A program made the translations under genes and the position numbers. From positions 28,148,001 through 28,212,000 of the forward strand of contig OX597822.1 in the NCBI GenBank assembly GCA_951406725.2: a stretch of DNA of 64,000 bases, given 5' to 3'. The DNA comes from Octopus vulgaris. Lineage: Eukaryota. Within the stretch, counting starts at the first letter, position 1. The number at the start of each line of letters is the position of its first letter. This document shows, one piece after another, positions 25,773-39,699 of the stretch. The notes below the pieces were generated by a model that saw only the letters and a list, made by a program, of their open reading frames with translations, was not told the DNA's origin and did no database searches.

Positions 25773-27063
25773 CGAGGGGCGTTCAATAAGTAATGCCCCT
25801 GACCCACTTCCCATAGCAGTAGAGCAACGAAACTTGGCACAGTTATTAGTCTTTTTCTACATAGGAACCACCCAGAGTTACGCATTTCTCCCATCGTTTG
25901 ATGCGGCTCTAGAGACCGTTTTTGTAGAAGAACCCAGCTTGGTCCTCCAACCTCAACGTGACTTCAGAAATCAAGGCTGCATCATCTGGGAAACGCTTTC
26001 CTTTCAAAAACAACTTCATGATTGGGAAGAGGTGAAATTCAGAGGGTGCAAGGTCAGGAAAGTAGGGGTGAAGGAGAGGAGTTCATAGCCATACGCCTGT
26101 GCTTCTGATCTGGCGACAAGCGAGTTGTGGACCGGAGCGTTGTCCTGCAGGAGGAGGATGCCTTTGCTGATCTTGCCCCGCCTCTTGATTTTGATAACTT
26201 CTCTTAATTTCCTCAAAAGTGAAGCATAATAGGCTCCTGCAATTGTGGTACCCTTTGCCAGGAAATCTGTCATCACTACTCCGTCCTGGTCCCAGAAGAC
26301 TGTGAGCATGATTTTGCCAGCGAAGGGCTGCACCCTTGCCTTCTTTGGAGGGCGTGAGTCACGGTGCTTCCACTGCATTGACTGGGCTTTGGTCTCTGGA
26401 TCATCGTGATGGACCCAGGTTTCATCCTGTGTAATCAGTCTTTTGAAAAATTTTGACTCATCTTCTTGGCACATCTCCAAATTCACCCTCGAGCACTCGA
26501 CGCGTTCTTGCTTCTGGAAAGGCATGAGCAACCTGGGAATCCATCTGGCAGACACCTTTTGCATATGCGAATGGTCATGAATGATAGTTTCCACAGACCC
26601 GGTACTAATCTTGACCTCATGGGCTATTTGGCGAATAATTATGCGTCGATCTTCCAAAATGGCAGCCTCAACTTGACGGACAGATGCCTCATCAATGGCA
26701 GAAGGGGGCGACCAGATCTGGGAGCTGTTTCCACAGAGTTCCGACCATGTTTGAATTCACAATGCCAGCGTTTTACAAGGTCATATGATGGGGCATCATC
26801 ACCATAAGTTACTTTCATTTCATCAAAAGTCTCCCGTGGTGTGCGTCCTTTCAAATACAAAAACCGGATCACTGCTCGACACTCAACAGGCTCCATTTCA
26901 CACTTGACTCGGTTCAAACACCTGTAAATCAGAAACCACAATCAATTCAGATATGTAATTTGCCACTTATTCTATAGAGATATAAATGATTGCACATGCA
27001 AAATTTCAGCTAGATCAAACAACTGCAAGTGTGTCAAAAGCATTACTTATTGAACGTCCCTCG
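25773..27063 (-). mobile_element. Full-length mariner element with disrupted transposase
   Basis: TIRs cgaggggcgttcaataagtaatgc / gcattacttattgaacgtccctcg with TA target duplication. Contains WIPRLL, ITQDETW and LLQDNAPVH motifs. Frameshifts near 26690 and 26070 and a late stop. Inserted into a SINE/(TACA)n. Confidence 0.95.
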
Positions 27064-27168
27064 TACATACACATACATGCATACATACATACATACATAC
27101 ATACATACATACATACATACATACATACATACATACATACATACATACATACATACATACATACATAC
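27064..27168. repeat. (TACA)n microsatellite
   Basis: Tetranucleotide run. Confidence 0.95.
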
Positions 27169-27290
27169 GTAGTGTTAGAGGCAGAAACACAACTTCATCA
27201 TCTCCGAAAGGTATTATCTTGACCAAGCCATAAAATATTAAATATTATACTTACTATCTCTATTCATAATCCCCAAATTTTCCATACTAC

Positions 27291-27388
27291 GGACTACACG
27301 TGTTTCATTAGGGTACATATGGTATTGTTAATACACAATGTCTCATTCAAAAACTCATTATATTACGCACTCCCAACCATCAGGTCTA
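27291..27388 (-). ncRNA. Long-loop type-I hammerhead ribozyme (degenerate)
   Basis: Minus strand uaGAC-CUGAUG(g)-uuggg...cccuaau-GAAACACGUGUA-GUC; same architecture as 51215-51299. Confidence 0.55.
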
Positions 27389-28112
27389 CTTTCCCCACAT
27401 TTATTAATATAACTACTCCTTATATATCACTATGTTTGTCAAAATTACTTATAGATATATAAGTATAAATTAATTCATGAACCTTATAAATTTAAGACCT
27501 AAAAATTTAAGGAATAAAACGGATATGAAATACGACTAAAAAAATACGAATGAAAAAAATTGTAAGTAAATCCGGATAAAAACTACGAATTAAAAATACG
27601 AATAAAAATACGAAAAAGATTAATAAAGTAATATAAAAGAAATAAAAATAGAATGTAAAAAGTAAAAACTTATGGACAAATCGAGTGTTAACTTATGTTT
27701 CGCAGACGCACAACACACATACAAATATGTGTGTGTCCGTGTGTGTGTGTGTGTGCGAGTGGATTTGGTAGACGGAAACTGAAAGAAGCCCGTCGTATAT
27801 ATGTATATATATATAAGTGTGTGTGTGTGTATGTTTGTGTGTCTGTGTTTGTCCCCCCAACATCGCTTGACAATCGATGCTGGTGTCTATACATCCCCGT
27901 AACTTAGCGGTTCGGCAAAAGAATAAGTACAAGGCTTACAAAGAATAAGTCATGGGGTCGATTTGCTCGACTAAAGGCGGTGCTCCAGCATGGCCGCAGG
28001 GATATCACTGAAACAATTAAATGTTAAAAAGAGTAAAGAGTATATAAACATACATTTTATATATACATTATATATAGAGAGATATACATATGTATATATA
28101 TTTATATATATA

Positions 28113-29378
28113 TAAACTTAGATAAACTTAGATATGTTTCGACCAGAGATTGGTCCAGGCCATGTCTAACTTAATAGCGCCACCTGATAGGATTATTCGA
28201 ATCCTGTTTAAGTCAAGTTTTGTTCAAGTTGTGAGTTCTTGTTGGGTGAGTTGTATCCAGTTTTGTTCAAGTAGTGAGTTCTTGTTGGGTGAGTTGTATC
28301 CAATTATGGGTGGCTTATCTGGTATTCTTTGAAGGAATCTATCCAGACTCTGTTTGAAGTTGATGGGATCCTTTTCCTCTTTGATCTCCCTCGGGACAAT
28401 GTTAAATAGGGCAGGGCCTGTTGAGGAAAAGAAATTATGTTGCAGTGTACATGTATGTTGTGATCTTGAATTTGGCAGGGGACGTATAGCCCGTGGTCCA
28501 AGTCTTGGATGAACCTTGAAGCTAATGTTTAGGTCGTTTGGGCAAAGTTGGTGGTATATTTTCCACATCGTACAAATGATGTACCGCTCACGGCGACGCT
28601 GGAGGGAGTAAAGTTTCAAGGCTTTAAGGCGATCCCAATAATCGAGAGCAGCCATGCCTTCAATTTGTATAGTGAGAGCCCTCTGAGGTGACTCAATTCT
28701 GGAGATGTTTTGTCTTGTGTGAGGAGACCACAGTGAGCAGCAGTATTCAAGGTGTGGCCGTACAAAGGAGGAAAAAAGTGGTATGATGACACCTTGTTCT
28801 CTGGACCGGAAAGTTCTTAAGATCCAGGAACTCATCCTACGAGCTATATCGACCTTCTTGTTGATGTGTGCACTCCAACTGAGATAGTCATCAACAATTA
28901 CACCCAGGTCTCTGATATTGTTAGAGACTGTGAGCGGTTCCCCTGAAGGAAGAGAGTATGGTTGTTTTAGTGAGGAATTTCTTCCAAAATGCATCAGCTC
29001 AAATTTTCCCTCATTCAGTTGCATTTTGTTTCTGTCTGCCCATTGACTCACAGCATATAGATCAGACTGGAGTTGAGTTCGGTCTGCTTCTTCATTGACG
29101 ATTTGCTGGAGCTTAGTGTCATCAGCGAATATTTTCACTTTACAGTGATGTACGACACTGGAAAGGTCGTTTACGTAAATTATGAAGAGTAGCGGACCCA
29201 AAACAGTTCCCTGGGGAACACCGCTGGTGACTTTTGCTGGGTTTGAGTGGACTCCATCAACTACAACATGTTGTGTTCTATTCGCCAGGAAATACTGAAT
29301 CCAGCGTAGAACTTTTCCACGGATTCCAACATTTGCCAATTTTAAGAGTAGGATGTTATGGTCTACCCTGTCGAACGC
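28113..29378 (-). mobile_element. 5'-truncated CR1/L2-clade LINE, reverse transcriptase ORF2 C-terminal half plus 3' tail
   Basis: AFDRVDH, GVPQGTVLGPLLF, IFADDTK and VRPHLEYC motifs in an open frame to 28224; 3' stem-loop and short tandem tail; flanked by (TA)n. Confidence 0.93.
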
Positions 29379-29423
<45 letters not shown>

Positions 29424-29589
29424 ATATATATACTCACACACACACACTCACAAACACACCTATATATCTATATATATGAAAAGGAAACCATGTTCGTCCT
29501 CTGGAGGAATTTCGTTCTCAGCCGTTTTGATTACTTGCCCCAACTTTGATCACCAAGCAGTGTAATATTGACGACGGAGTTCTAGCCGA

Positions 29590-30105
29590 TCCAACGAAGC
29601 TACAAGAAGATCGACAACAATGCGACATATCAGCTACCGGGAAAGACTGAAAGAGTTAATACTCAGCTCCCTGGAGTGATGGCGAGAAATATATGTAGTA
29701 ATATACATCTGGAAAATCCTAGAAAATCTTGTGCCAAACCTTGGCATTGTCAGTTACATAAACAGCAGGATGGTGCGCCACTGCATGGTACCAAAAATCC
29801 CCATCAGGATACAGAAACAGATACTGCAACAGTTTCGTTTACAAAGGCCCACAACTCTTCTTTTTCCTCCCACAAACCCTAAGAGACCTGCATAGTGTAG
29901 AATAAGGCTTTTTCAAAACAAAACCGGATTTCGTTCTGGCAAGAGTTCCGGTTGAACCTAGCTCAAGGGAAGAAACACAGACGATGTCAGTAACGCCAAA
30001 CTCCCGCATCCACCAAACATCACACGTCAGATAAGGTCCAGCGCAAATGTAACATAGTAAACGGTGGTGCCCTCGAATGGCGACAGTCTTTGGACTGAAA
30101 CTAAA
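29590..30105 (+). mobile_element. Decayed CR1-like LINE 3' fragment
   Basis: SYRERLKEL..IYIWKILENLVP remnant; 3' tail ggtggtgcc..atggcgacagtctttggactgaaac. Confidence 0.75.
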
Positions 30106-30235
30106 ACATATAAATATATATATAGTATGTATTATGTATGTATGTATACAATGAAGCTATCTTACGAATGTTGTCCATATTTCGATCAAAACACATAACT
30201 GCACACGGGCAAACGCTCAACTCCATGCATACATA

Positions 30236-30270
<35 letters not shown>

Positions 30271-30274
<4 letters not shown>

Positions 30275-30470
30275 TATAGCCACGAAACACCTGTCGTTAT
30301 TCTACAAATTATATATGTTTTTATTATTTTTTTTTGCAATTTACTTAATCATTGATATTTTATTGTTATTTTAATTTTAATATTTCTATTATATGTAATT
30401 TTCTAGATGGTGTAATTTAACTGTTCATTTTGAATTGATAAAAGGTGTTTTTTTCTAATTTTTTTATATA
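30271..30470 (+). repeat. 3' part of the AT-rich hammerhead-bearing repeat (half ribozyme)
   Basis: aaatatagccacgaaacacctgtcgttattc.. matches 36984-37175; inverted partial copy at 31925-32015. Confidence 0.7.
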
Positions 30471-31569
30471 TAAATATATAGAATTCGGTATGTTGAGGCG
30501 GTATGTGCAGGTATTTAGTTCTATATATGGTTGTATAAACACGCTCATATACTTATGCTTGCATGTGTATATTGATGCAAGTGTGCAACTCAATATTATA
30601 TATATATACATACATATATGTAAATATGCATATACATATATACATACATATCCATAAATATATATACATATAATTATATATATGCTTATATGTATATGTA
30701 TGTTTATGTATATCTCTCTCTAATACATTTTCATTTTACTCATCTCTCCTGAATCCTCATTATCCCCTAGGAATTTCATTTTTACCCCACTTCTGATAAT
30801 TTACCCCGGTTCACCGGCCACTTCACTAGAGTAAATAATCTATGATTTTCTTCCTTTCAAATCAATGGGGTAAGGTCAGCGTAAATAGATATATTTTGGT
30901 GTAATTGGTGAAAAACATTTCCGCCACACCTACTTTCTGGATTGATTTAAAGTGGGAATGTGTGTCATGTCTGATGCTCGGGCGCCGACGAAGTATGTTC
31001 TATGTGGAGAAACTAAAATTTAAACAACAAATTGCCTCACCATTTCAAAATTATCTGTAATCTAAACATATTTTTAGCTCAGTGTATGGTCTGAGAATAG
31101 CGCATCACGGATTTTCGGGTTTAGGTTTAGATGGCCAAAAACAGAGTTAACTATTCGTTGAAATAAGAATACAAGTGCGAATGTGTGTATATGTGCGTGC
31201 GTGTATGGGGGTGGGGGTGGGTGGGAGTATGCACATTTGTACGGGTGTGGTTGTGTGTTTAACATTATATACATGTGTGTTCGCGTGTGTGTACACGGAC
31301 TGTGTGTGAGCATGTATGCTTGTATGTGTAGTTGTGTTGTTGGGAATGTGTGTGCTTACTTGTGTGTGTGTGTGTGTGTGTTTGAGCGTATGTGTGTATA
31401 TATGCGTGTGGGCGAATGCGCATGTGTGGCTATGTGCGTGAATGTATGTGTATGGATATTTATGATTGTACGTATACATGTATGTATGTGTGTGAGAATA
31501 TGTTCTGTGTGCATGTGTGTGTGGTTGATTGTGTCTGCAATCTTGTGTTTACAGCTAAGAAGACGACTA

Positions 31570-31925
31570 TTGGTTTCAAATTTTGATACAAGGCCAGAAA
31601 CTTAGAGGAAAGGATAAGTCGATTAAATAAACCCCAGTGCTCAAATGATACTTATTTTATTGACGCCCAAGTGTGAAAGACAAAGTCTAATCCGACAGCA
31701 TTTGAACCCAGAACGAAAAAAAACGGACGAAATGCCACTAAGCATTTGCCTGGCTTACTAACGATTTTGCAAGCAGGACACCTTCAAGACGACGATTATT
31801 GAGTACAGAAGGCGGCGAGCTGGCAGAAACATTAGCATGCCGTGCGAAATGCTTAGCCGTATTTCGTCTGCCGTTACGTTCTCAGTTCAAATTCCACCGA
31901 GGTCGACTTTGCCTTTCATCCTTTT
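31570..31925. mobile_element. Divergent pair of SINE family A copies
   Basis: 31570-31790(-) and 31808-31925(+). Confidence 0.8.
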
Positions 31926-32179
31926 ATCAATTCAAAAGGAACAATTAAATTACACCATCTAGAAAATTGCATATAATAGAAAAGTTAAAATTAAAATAAC
32001 AATAAAATGTAAAGAATAACATAATATTCTTTATAATAATTATTATATATATAATTATTATATATATATACATATATATTCGTGAGTTTTTAAGTGTTCG
32101 TGACCCAGAGAAAAGATACGTCATATGTCTGTCAATAGTGCGGGTATATTATCCAAAATGTACAGTGAAGATCGGTCTC

Positions 32180-33120
32180 TCTACTGCTAGTTCCCAGGGT
32201 GGATGTGCAAATGTGCAACTGAGAAGACGACAATACTCGTGAAAGAGACACCTACACTGACTAACTTCAGACTTCCCCAAGACAATACTGTCTTTGGGAC
32301 ACGCTATTTATGAAGCTTGTATGCTTGTGGAAGGATGAAGGAACTTATGAATTTATCAGTTACACCTGAGGATATCACAGAATTGACTGCAGCCAGGTAA
32401 ACTGGATTTAGCGAGACAACAACAAATGAAGCCGACAAACTTCGGTACAGCGGAGTTGCCACCAAGCATTAACATAGAGTGAGCTTCATTATTAACAAAG
32501 CCCGAGTAAGTTTAGTCATCGGCTGTATACCGGTATACAGCAGGATCATCATCATACCCGTTGTTAAAAGCTATATTCTTTTCTACTCTAGGCACAACAC
32601 CCGAAATATTGGGGGAGGGGCAGTTGGTTAGATCGACCCTAGTACGCAACTGGTACTTTCGACAACGAAAGTATGAAGGACAAAGCTGACCTCAGCGGAA
32701 TTTTAGCTCAGAACGTAAAGGCAGACGTAATACCGCTAAGCATTTCGCCCGGCGAGCTAACGTTTCTGCCAGCTCGCCGCCTTAAGCCCATTGAATATTA
32801 CAATCATAACAGTCTATGCGCCAATGCTTGAGTGGATGCCGGTAAAGAATTCTATAAAGACCTGGAGTAAATCACAAAGCCGCTCCTAAATTAAGTTTTC
32901 CTCATTGACCAAGAAGACTGGGACGATAAAGAAGGCTCAGATGCATATGACCAATGGACTGCGACATTGGGACGATTCGAGATCAGAGGAAACCAGAGAT
33001 CTAGGATCTCGACTCCTAGAATTTGCTAACAAGCACAAACTGATCATAGCTACCACTCTGATCTCACACAAAACCTGGCACAGAACAACATGACATGCAT
33101 CTAGTGATAGGAATCACAAA
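32180..33120 (+). mobile_element. Decayed RTE-like LINE (AP-endonuclease region) interrupted by a SINE at 32575-32785
   Basis: NITIITVYAP and GSRLLEFANKHKLIIATT..TW remnants. Confidence 0.7.
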
Positions 33121-33520
33121 GAAACTTGAATTCGTCCTCGCACCTCATAATCTGGACTGCTACAAAGTAGGCCTAGCGAAAATGGGGACACTCTTTCCAG
33201 AAAATGGGAACTTGGTGGACACCGGTGAGGGAAACCGTTTTCTGAATAAGTCGGTTTTGTGAAGAGCGTCAAGAAGCTAGCATCGAATTCGCCATCATGT
33301 TCTGTCTTGTGAGATATAACAGTACTGCTCAAAGAAAAATAGAGTGAAATTTACTTGGTTCCAAGAATTATATCATCCATGAGTGACCACACCACGTCAA
33401 TGCCAAATTCCTGATGACACCCACCCACACACGCGCCCGCACGTACTCATATCCACACATATACAGATACTGACATACACACAGACGCACTCAGCACATA
33501 CAGCACAAACAAACGCACAC

Positions 33521-33553
<33 letters not shown>

Positions 33554-33579
33554 TGTATGTATGTATGTATGTATATTAC

Positions 33580-33812
33580 TATTTCTTTACTACCCACAAG
33601 GGTCTAAACACAGAGGGGACAAACAAGAACAGACAAACGGATTAAGTCGATTACATCGACCCCAGTGCGTAACTGGTACTCAATTTATCGACCCCGAAAG
33701 GATGAAAGGCAAAGTCAACCGCGGCGGAATTTTGAACTCAGAACGTAACGGCAGACGAAATACGGCTACGCATTTCGCCCGGCGTGCTAACGTTTCTGCC
33801 AGCTCGACGCCT
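33580..33812 (-). mobile_element. SINE family A
   Basis: Near-consensus copy. Confidence 0.88.
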
Positions 33813-35415
33813 TATATATGTATATTACATTAAACAAAAGAAATTCGTTGAGATACACGTGAGCATGATTTATATTATTTGGTAAAAGTAACTTAAGGGA
33901 CCTTGGATATGTCACTTAATTCATTTATTTAATTGTTTTGCATATATACGCTCACACAACGCATACACATATGTGTATGCAGGTGTGCGTGTGTTTATGT
34001 GTGTGTGCGTGTGTGTGTGTGTGTGTGTATAGCAGTGTGTACAAAACGCTAACCTACTGAATAAATAAATTTAGTGACATATGATTGGCCCTTTGGATTA
34101 CATGGTACATTTTGTCACTCAACAGGTAAAAGTTGAATAAATACATAAAGTTGTAAGCGAAATGTCATTACATGGTTATAATTGATGAAATATGGAACAA
34201 CAAGAAAATACTTAAAACGCTTTATATGATCGTTTCCATAATGGCTTACTAATCCATCCCACTGGAGTTGGACTTTGTCTGTCATTCCTTCTAGATTCAT
34301 ATCATAAATATTTTCCAACTAACAATTGCACACGTTAAGGGAGGTAAATTAGAATACCAAAGGTCAGCGTAATGGATTTGATATCGTTGCAATTTATCTA
34401 CTGCAGCTCAAAACGTAGGAAGATGTAAAGCAACATGCAACAAAGCATTAAATATGGAGTAGCTACACTGTTATATTGCAAATATTTAGAAAGGAAACTA
34501 GCTTTTCTTGTGTTGGTTTTCCAGTCCGGTCTCATTCAAAGCCTTGACAGTGCTGTCTTTTTCGGTTTTATTTCCTGGCTAAATATTCAATCAGATGTAT
34601 TCCGTTTACAACAGCCAGGATCGATATGTGAGAGACTGGGCAGCTATTTCTAGTAGGCCGCATTATGATACATACGGTCCCTCGTAAATATTGTTGCCAG
34701 ACAAAAGCGGTGAAGTAATACATTAAGAAGCTTAGGATATTCAGTTTCGTCGTTGTATTCATTCTGAGTTCAAAATAAACTCAAGCCAATTTTATTTTTT
34801 CCTAGGCGAGAAAAATAGCCAATATATATATATATATATAAAAGTCTTTGCCGGGCAGGAGAGTTTTCCCAAAGAGATGGGTATTTCCAAGGCAGTGAAA
34901 GATTTTGAATTTCTTTTCAAGTTATGGTGATACCATGTGCTGCTCAATACGAGACATTGTTTACGTTTTGTATATGCGTAAGGGCTTTTACTTTTTCTGT
35001 TTTTCCCTTCTATATATTCTAGATATGGTTTTTCTTTAAATTCCTCCTGTTACGTTTTCGCTCAAAAGTTATTCAGATAGTGATTTTTTTTTCCGATCGA
35101 AAATCGCAGATATTATATAAATTTCATAAAATCCACGTGTTGTTATTTGCAATGCTTATAATTCGTACATTCGCAAAAGATTATTTCTACTTAATATATT
35201 TCACTTCATATTTCTTCAAGTGTATAATTTATCATTCAGGAAGACATTTAAGGCTATCTTGGGTTTTATGTATAATAGAATTCGCAGCTGTTTAGAAATC
35301 TCTTGGCGAGTTTCTAGGAGCTTAGAAAAACACGTGTTGATCAGAGGCCGCCATATGTATATATATGTATATATGTATTTATATATATGTGTCTATATAT
35401 GTGTATATATGTGCC

Positions 35416-35511
<96 letters not shown>

Positions 35512-35999
35512 GTATATGTATATTTTTATGTGTATATATAGGCGCAGGAGTGGCTTTGTAGTGGACTGTCGGTTGTAGTTGAATGTCTTCATAGCGTATT
35601 GTTCATTTGTTCTAATATTTTTCGTCCCTTTCTTTAATTTATGGGGCTTAGATGTTTTTCGTACTTTTCATTAGTAGATCAATAATAAATCTCAGAGCGA
35701 GTTATAAACAGTAGCTACAACACATCGTGACGTATCTATCGATACTGGAAAAAGGTTTAAGTATTTGTGAAAGGAACCTACTTCTCATCGACAACTGTGA
35801 TTGTCACACGCCGATGACGGGTCAATAACCAGAAACTCGAGTCCGTGGGTATCATAAGTTGAAGACGGGAAGGATGGCTTCCCTTTGCATATACTGATAG
35901 GGCACAGAAAGTGTGTATATGGCCAGCTGGAGGAGGTGTCCTCCTGGGGCTACAAACTACAGTAGCATCCACTCTTTGGGGTTAGCCATATTTATATTG

Positions 36000-37180
36000 C
36001 AAATATACGTCACATTAGTAAATCGTTTTCGCCATTTTCATTCATACTTTATTATATTTGGTTACACTAAGACTTCACGCGTTTAATTATTATAAACACT
36101 AAGACCTATATATTTTTTTACGTTTAAAATTCATTTATTTTATTTTCATCGACAAGCTAAGTAACGGTTTTTGCTTATAAATATTATTTGGTTTTTTAAT
36201 TATATTAAGTTTGATTGTTATTGTTATTATTATTGTTGTTGAAATATTATCATTTTTATATATATATATTGATAGTTATAAGTTATGATAGTTATTCATT
36301 ATGATATCTATTTATTTAGAATGATCTATTATTATTTTTATAAAGCGATTTAACGTATTACATATAATTTAATTTGAGAATTAATTTTGTTAGACAATAC
36401 ATTATTTAATAATTAGGCGGTGTATTTATCAAGTTGTATTACATTTAAGTAAATTAGTTTTTATATCAATTGATCAATTTTGGTCAACTATATTATTGAG
36501 TGATATATTAAATCTATACATAACACATATATATTAATTATATGGTTAGTTTATTTAATGGGTTTGTCTATATTTGAACCAATTGTTATTTTGATTCCAG
36601 TATTTATGGCTTGTACTAGTACTGTGCATATTAATAAAATTTTAAGGTTTTTGATATAAATTGCTTAATGGGTATTAGACTGTATTCAAATGTTTATTAA
36701 ATAGATATATTAATAAATAATCTGATTTAATGTATATAGTTTAAAGTGGTATATTTAGTTTCCACTTAATGTATATTTTGTATCTTATATATATATATAT
36801 ATATATATACAGAGAGAGAGAGAGAGATATTTTAAAGAATGTATTTATATTTTAAAATATTATTTACGTATATTTATTAATTGATTATTTTATTATTGTA
36901 GTTATTTTTGACCGGAAGAGTGGCTATATTTATATTGAAGTGATTTTACTACTACTACTAATATTTTTACAATAATCATTTCTTAAATAGAGCCACGAAT
37001 CACGTGTCGTTATTCTACCAAAGTATATACGTTTTATTTATTATTTTGCACATTACTTAATCATCGGTATATTATTTTTTACCTTATATTTAATATTTCT
37101 ATCATACGTAATTTTCAGGATGGTATGATTTAATTTTTCATTTTGAATTGATAAAATGTGTTTTTTCTAATTTATACATA
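36000..37180 (+). repeat. ~1.1 kb extremely AT-rich repeat ending in a hammerhead (putative Penelope-derived)
   Basis: Colinear with the reverse complement of 51060-52340. Confidence 0.6.
36909..37012 (+). ncRNA. Type-I hammerhead ribozyme with long stem II (two core substitutions)
   Basis: UGAC-CGGAAGA-GUGGCUAUAUUUA(~50 nt loop)UAAAUAGAGCCAC-GAAU-CACGUGUC-GUUA; the copy at 30281 retains GAAAC. Confidence 0.65.
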
Positions 37181-37255
37181 TATTATATTTTGTGAAATTT
37201 GATTTAGTATTTCTAAATTGAAGTTTTCCCTGTAAGTTTGGAATAATATTCCCTC

Positions 37256-37452
<197 letters not shown>

Positions 37453-37605
37453 ACGACGGGCTTCTTTCAGTTTCCGTCTACCAAATACACTCACAAGGCT
37501 TTGGTCGGCTCAAAGCTATAGGAGAAGACACTTGCCCAAGATGCCACGGAGTGGGATTGAACACGGAACCATGTGGTTGGGAAGCAAGCTACATACCACA
37601 CAGCC

Positions 37606-37653
<48 letters not shown>

Positions 37654-37890
37654 ATAATGTTGAAAAGTAACACGCGAGTTGATGTGTATAAGGGAAATCA
37701 GACAGGGCAGAAATGCTAAAATAATTTTATCATAAAATACATTTTATCATAAAATACAAAGGTTACAAAAAAAGGTCTTTTTAACTTTTTCAAGTAAGAG
37801 AAAAACATGAAAAAAAAATTTAATTGAAGAAAAATTAAATGTAAATATTTCCATAGTCTTCAAAGCAAGTATGACATTTTCCTTTTCTCT

Positions 37891-37936
<46 letters not shown>

Positions 37937-38227
37937 TTCGATAGTTTAAGCAGCAGCAGCACCCGAGGAAAGAGACGGCGAAGGAGAAGAAGGAGGAGGG
38001 GAAGAAGAAGAAGAAGAAGAAGAAGAAGAAGAAGAAGAAGAAGAAGAAGAAGAAAGAACAGAAAAAGGCGTGAGTGGTATCACCCAGTAGTCGAGCTGTC
38101 CATGTAATCTTCTTTAATGATCAAGAGACCAAAAAGAGACCCTTTTGTGGTTGTAGAAGTAGTGGAAGGAGCTGTTCTAAAGAAATTCATGCGTAGCGAC
38201 TGTTCTTAATATATATCTAGCGTTTAA

Positions 38228-38872
38228 AGCGGCGAGCTGCCTGAAACGTTAGCGCGCCGGGCAAAATGCTTTGCGGTATTTCGTCTGTCGTTACGTTATG
38301 AGTTCAAATTCAGCCGAGGTCGACTTAGCTTTTCATCCTTTCGGGGGCGATAAATTAAGTATCAGTTACGCACTGGGGTCGATGTAATCGACTTAATCCG
38401 CTTGTCTGTCCTTTTTTGTTCCCTCTATGTTTAGCCACCTTGTGGGCAGTAAAGAAATAAATATATATCTATGGTTTAAGGCGGCGAGCTGGCAGAAACG
38501 TTAGCACGCCGGGCGACATGCGTAGCCGTATTTTGTCTGCCATTACGTTCTGAGTTCAAATTCCGCCGAGGTCGACTTTGCCTTTCATCATTTCGGGGTC
38601 AATATATTAAGTATCAGTTACTCACGGGGGTCGATGTAATCCACTTAATCCGCTTGTCTGTTCTTGTTTGTCCCCTCTCTGTGTTTAGCCTCTTGTGGGT
38701 AGTAAAGAAATAGGTATTTCATCTGTCTGTATGTGCAGAGTTCAAATTCTGCCTAGGCCGACTTTCATCGTTTCGGGGTCGATAAATTAAGTAACAGTTG
38801 CTTACTGGGGTTAATCTTATCGACTGTTCCCTCCCCCAAAATTTCGGGCTTTGTACCTGGAGTAGAAAAGAA
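38228..38872 (+). mobile_element. Tandem SINE family A copies
   Basis: Copies starting at 38228 and 38478, plus a partial third. Confidence 0.88.
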
Positions 38873-39699
38873 TATATCCATCGTTTTTTAATATTTGTGT
38901 AGGTTTTATTTTACGGTCCTTGTAGTAGTATCATCTGTGGTGGCAGCATTCAAAATAGGTTTATATTTTGCGATCAGATATGATACTTTGCTAAGGCGCT
39001 GATTGTAGGTTGCACCGTCCCTAAATTTATAGAGGGCAGAAATTTAAAGTCGGGTTTTTCTATTATGATCATGTTTCATCAGGGAAATACAAATTCCGAA
39101 ACCGAGATCATCTTATATTAGGGGCTGAAGTAAACAATTATTACTATAGATTTACTATTTCACTTTAAATCTTGGGATAGAATCCTTTTCTCCGATGACA
39201 TTTGTGCCAAAAGAAGTCGTTTGGAGAGCAGAGTTATATTTTCTGATGTTCTTAAAAACTGGACTTTCTCCCGGCTGTAAAAAGCTGTTTTAAGGGATCT
39301 AGTGAAACAGCATGTACTGGTAGATAAACTTTTGCATTGAAACAGAATATTCCATCTGTCTTTATACTTTCATTTTGTTGGTCAACTACTTACCTCAAAT
39401 TTTGGATATGCCTCGAATTGGATCTATTTTTTCTCAGGCGTAATCATGTTCAGGATCGAATTTCAATGAATGTCTTTTCCTCAACTCGTATGTACGGTTG
39501 GGATCTAGCTTGCGAGTTTGTCTAAAACAAATTGTTTAAAATACAATAGATCTAAATGCAATTTGTCTAAAACAATTTCTCTAAAACAGTATTAATCCAG
39601 AAATAATTTGTCTGAAACAAAATTTGACTAAAAAATACTTTTACTCTTGTTTTGATGAATTCGTAGGAAGTGGAAAGAAGTAGATAATTAATCATGCTG

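Noticed and set aside
37871-38107. Protamine-like poly-Arg ORF
   Set aside because: It is made of (CT)n and (AGA)n microsatellites, with no independent gene evidence.
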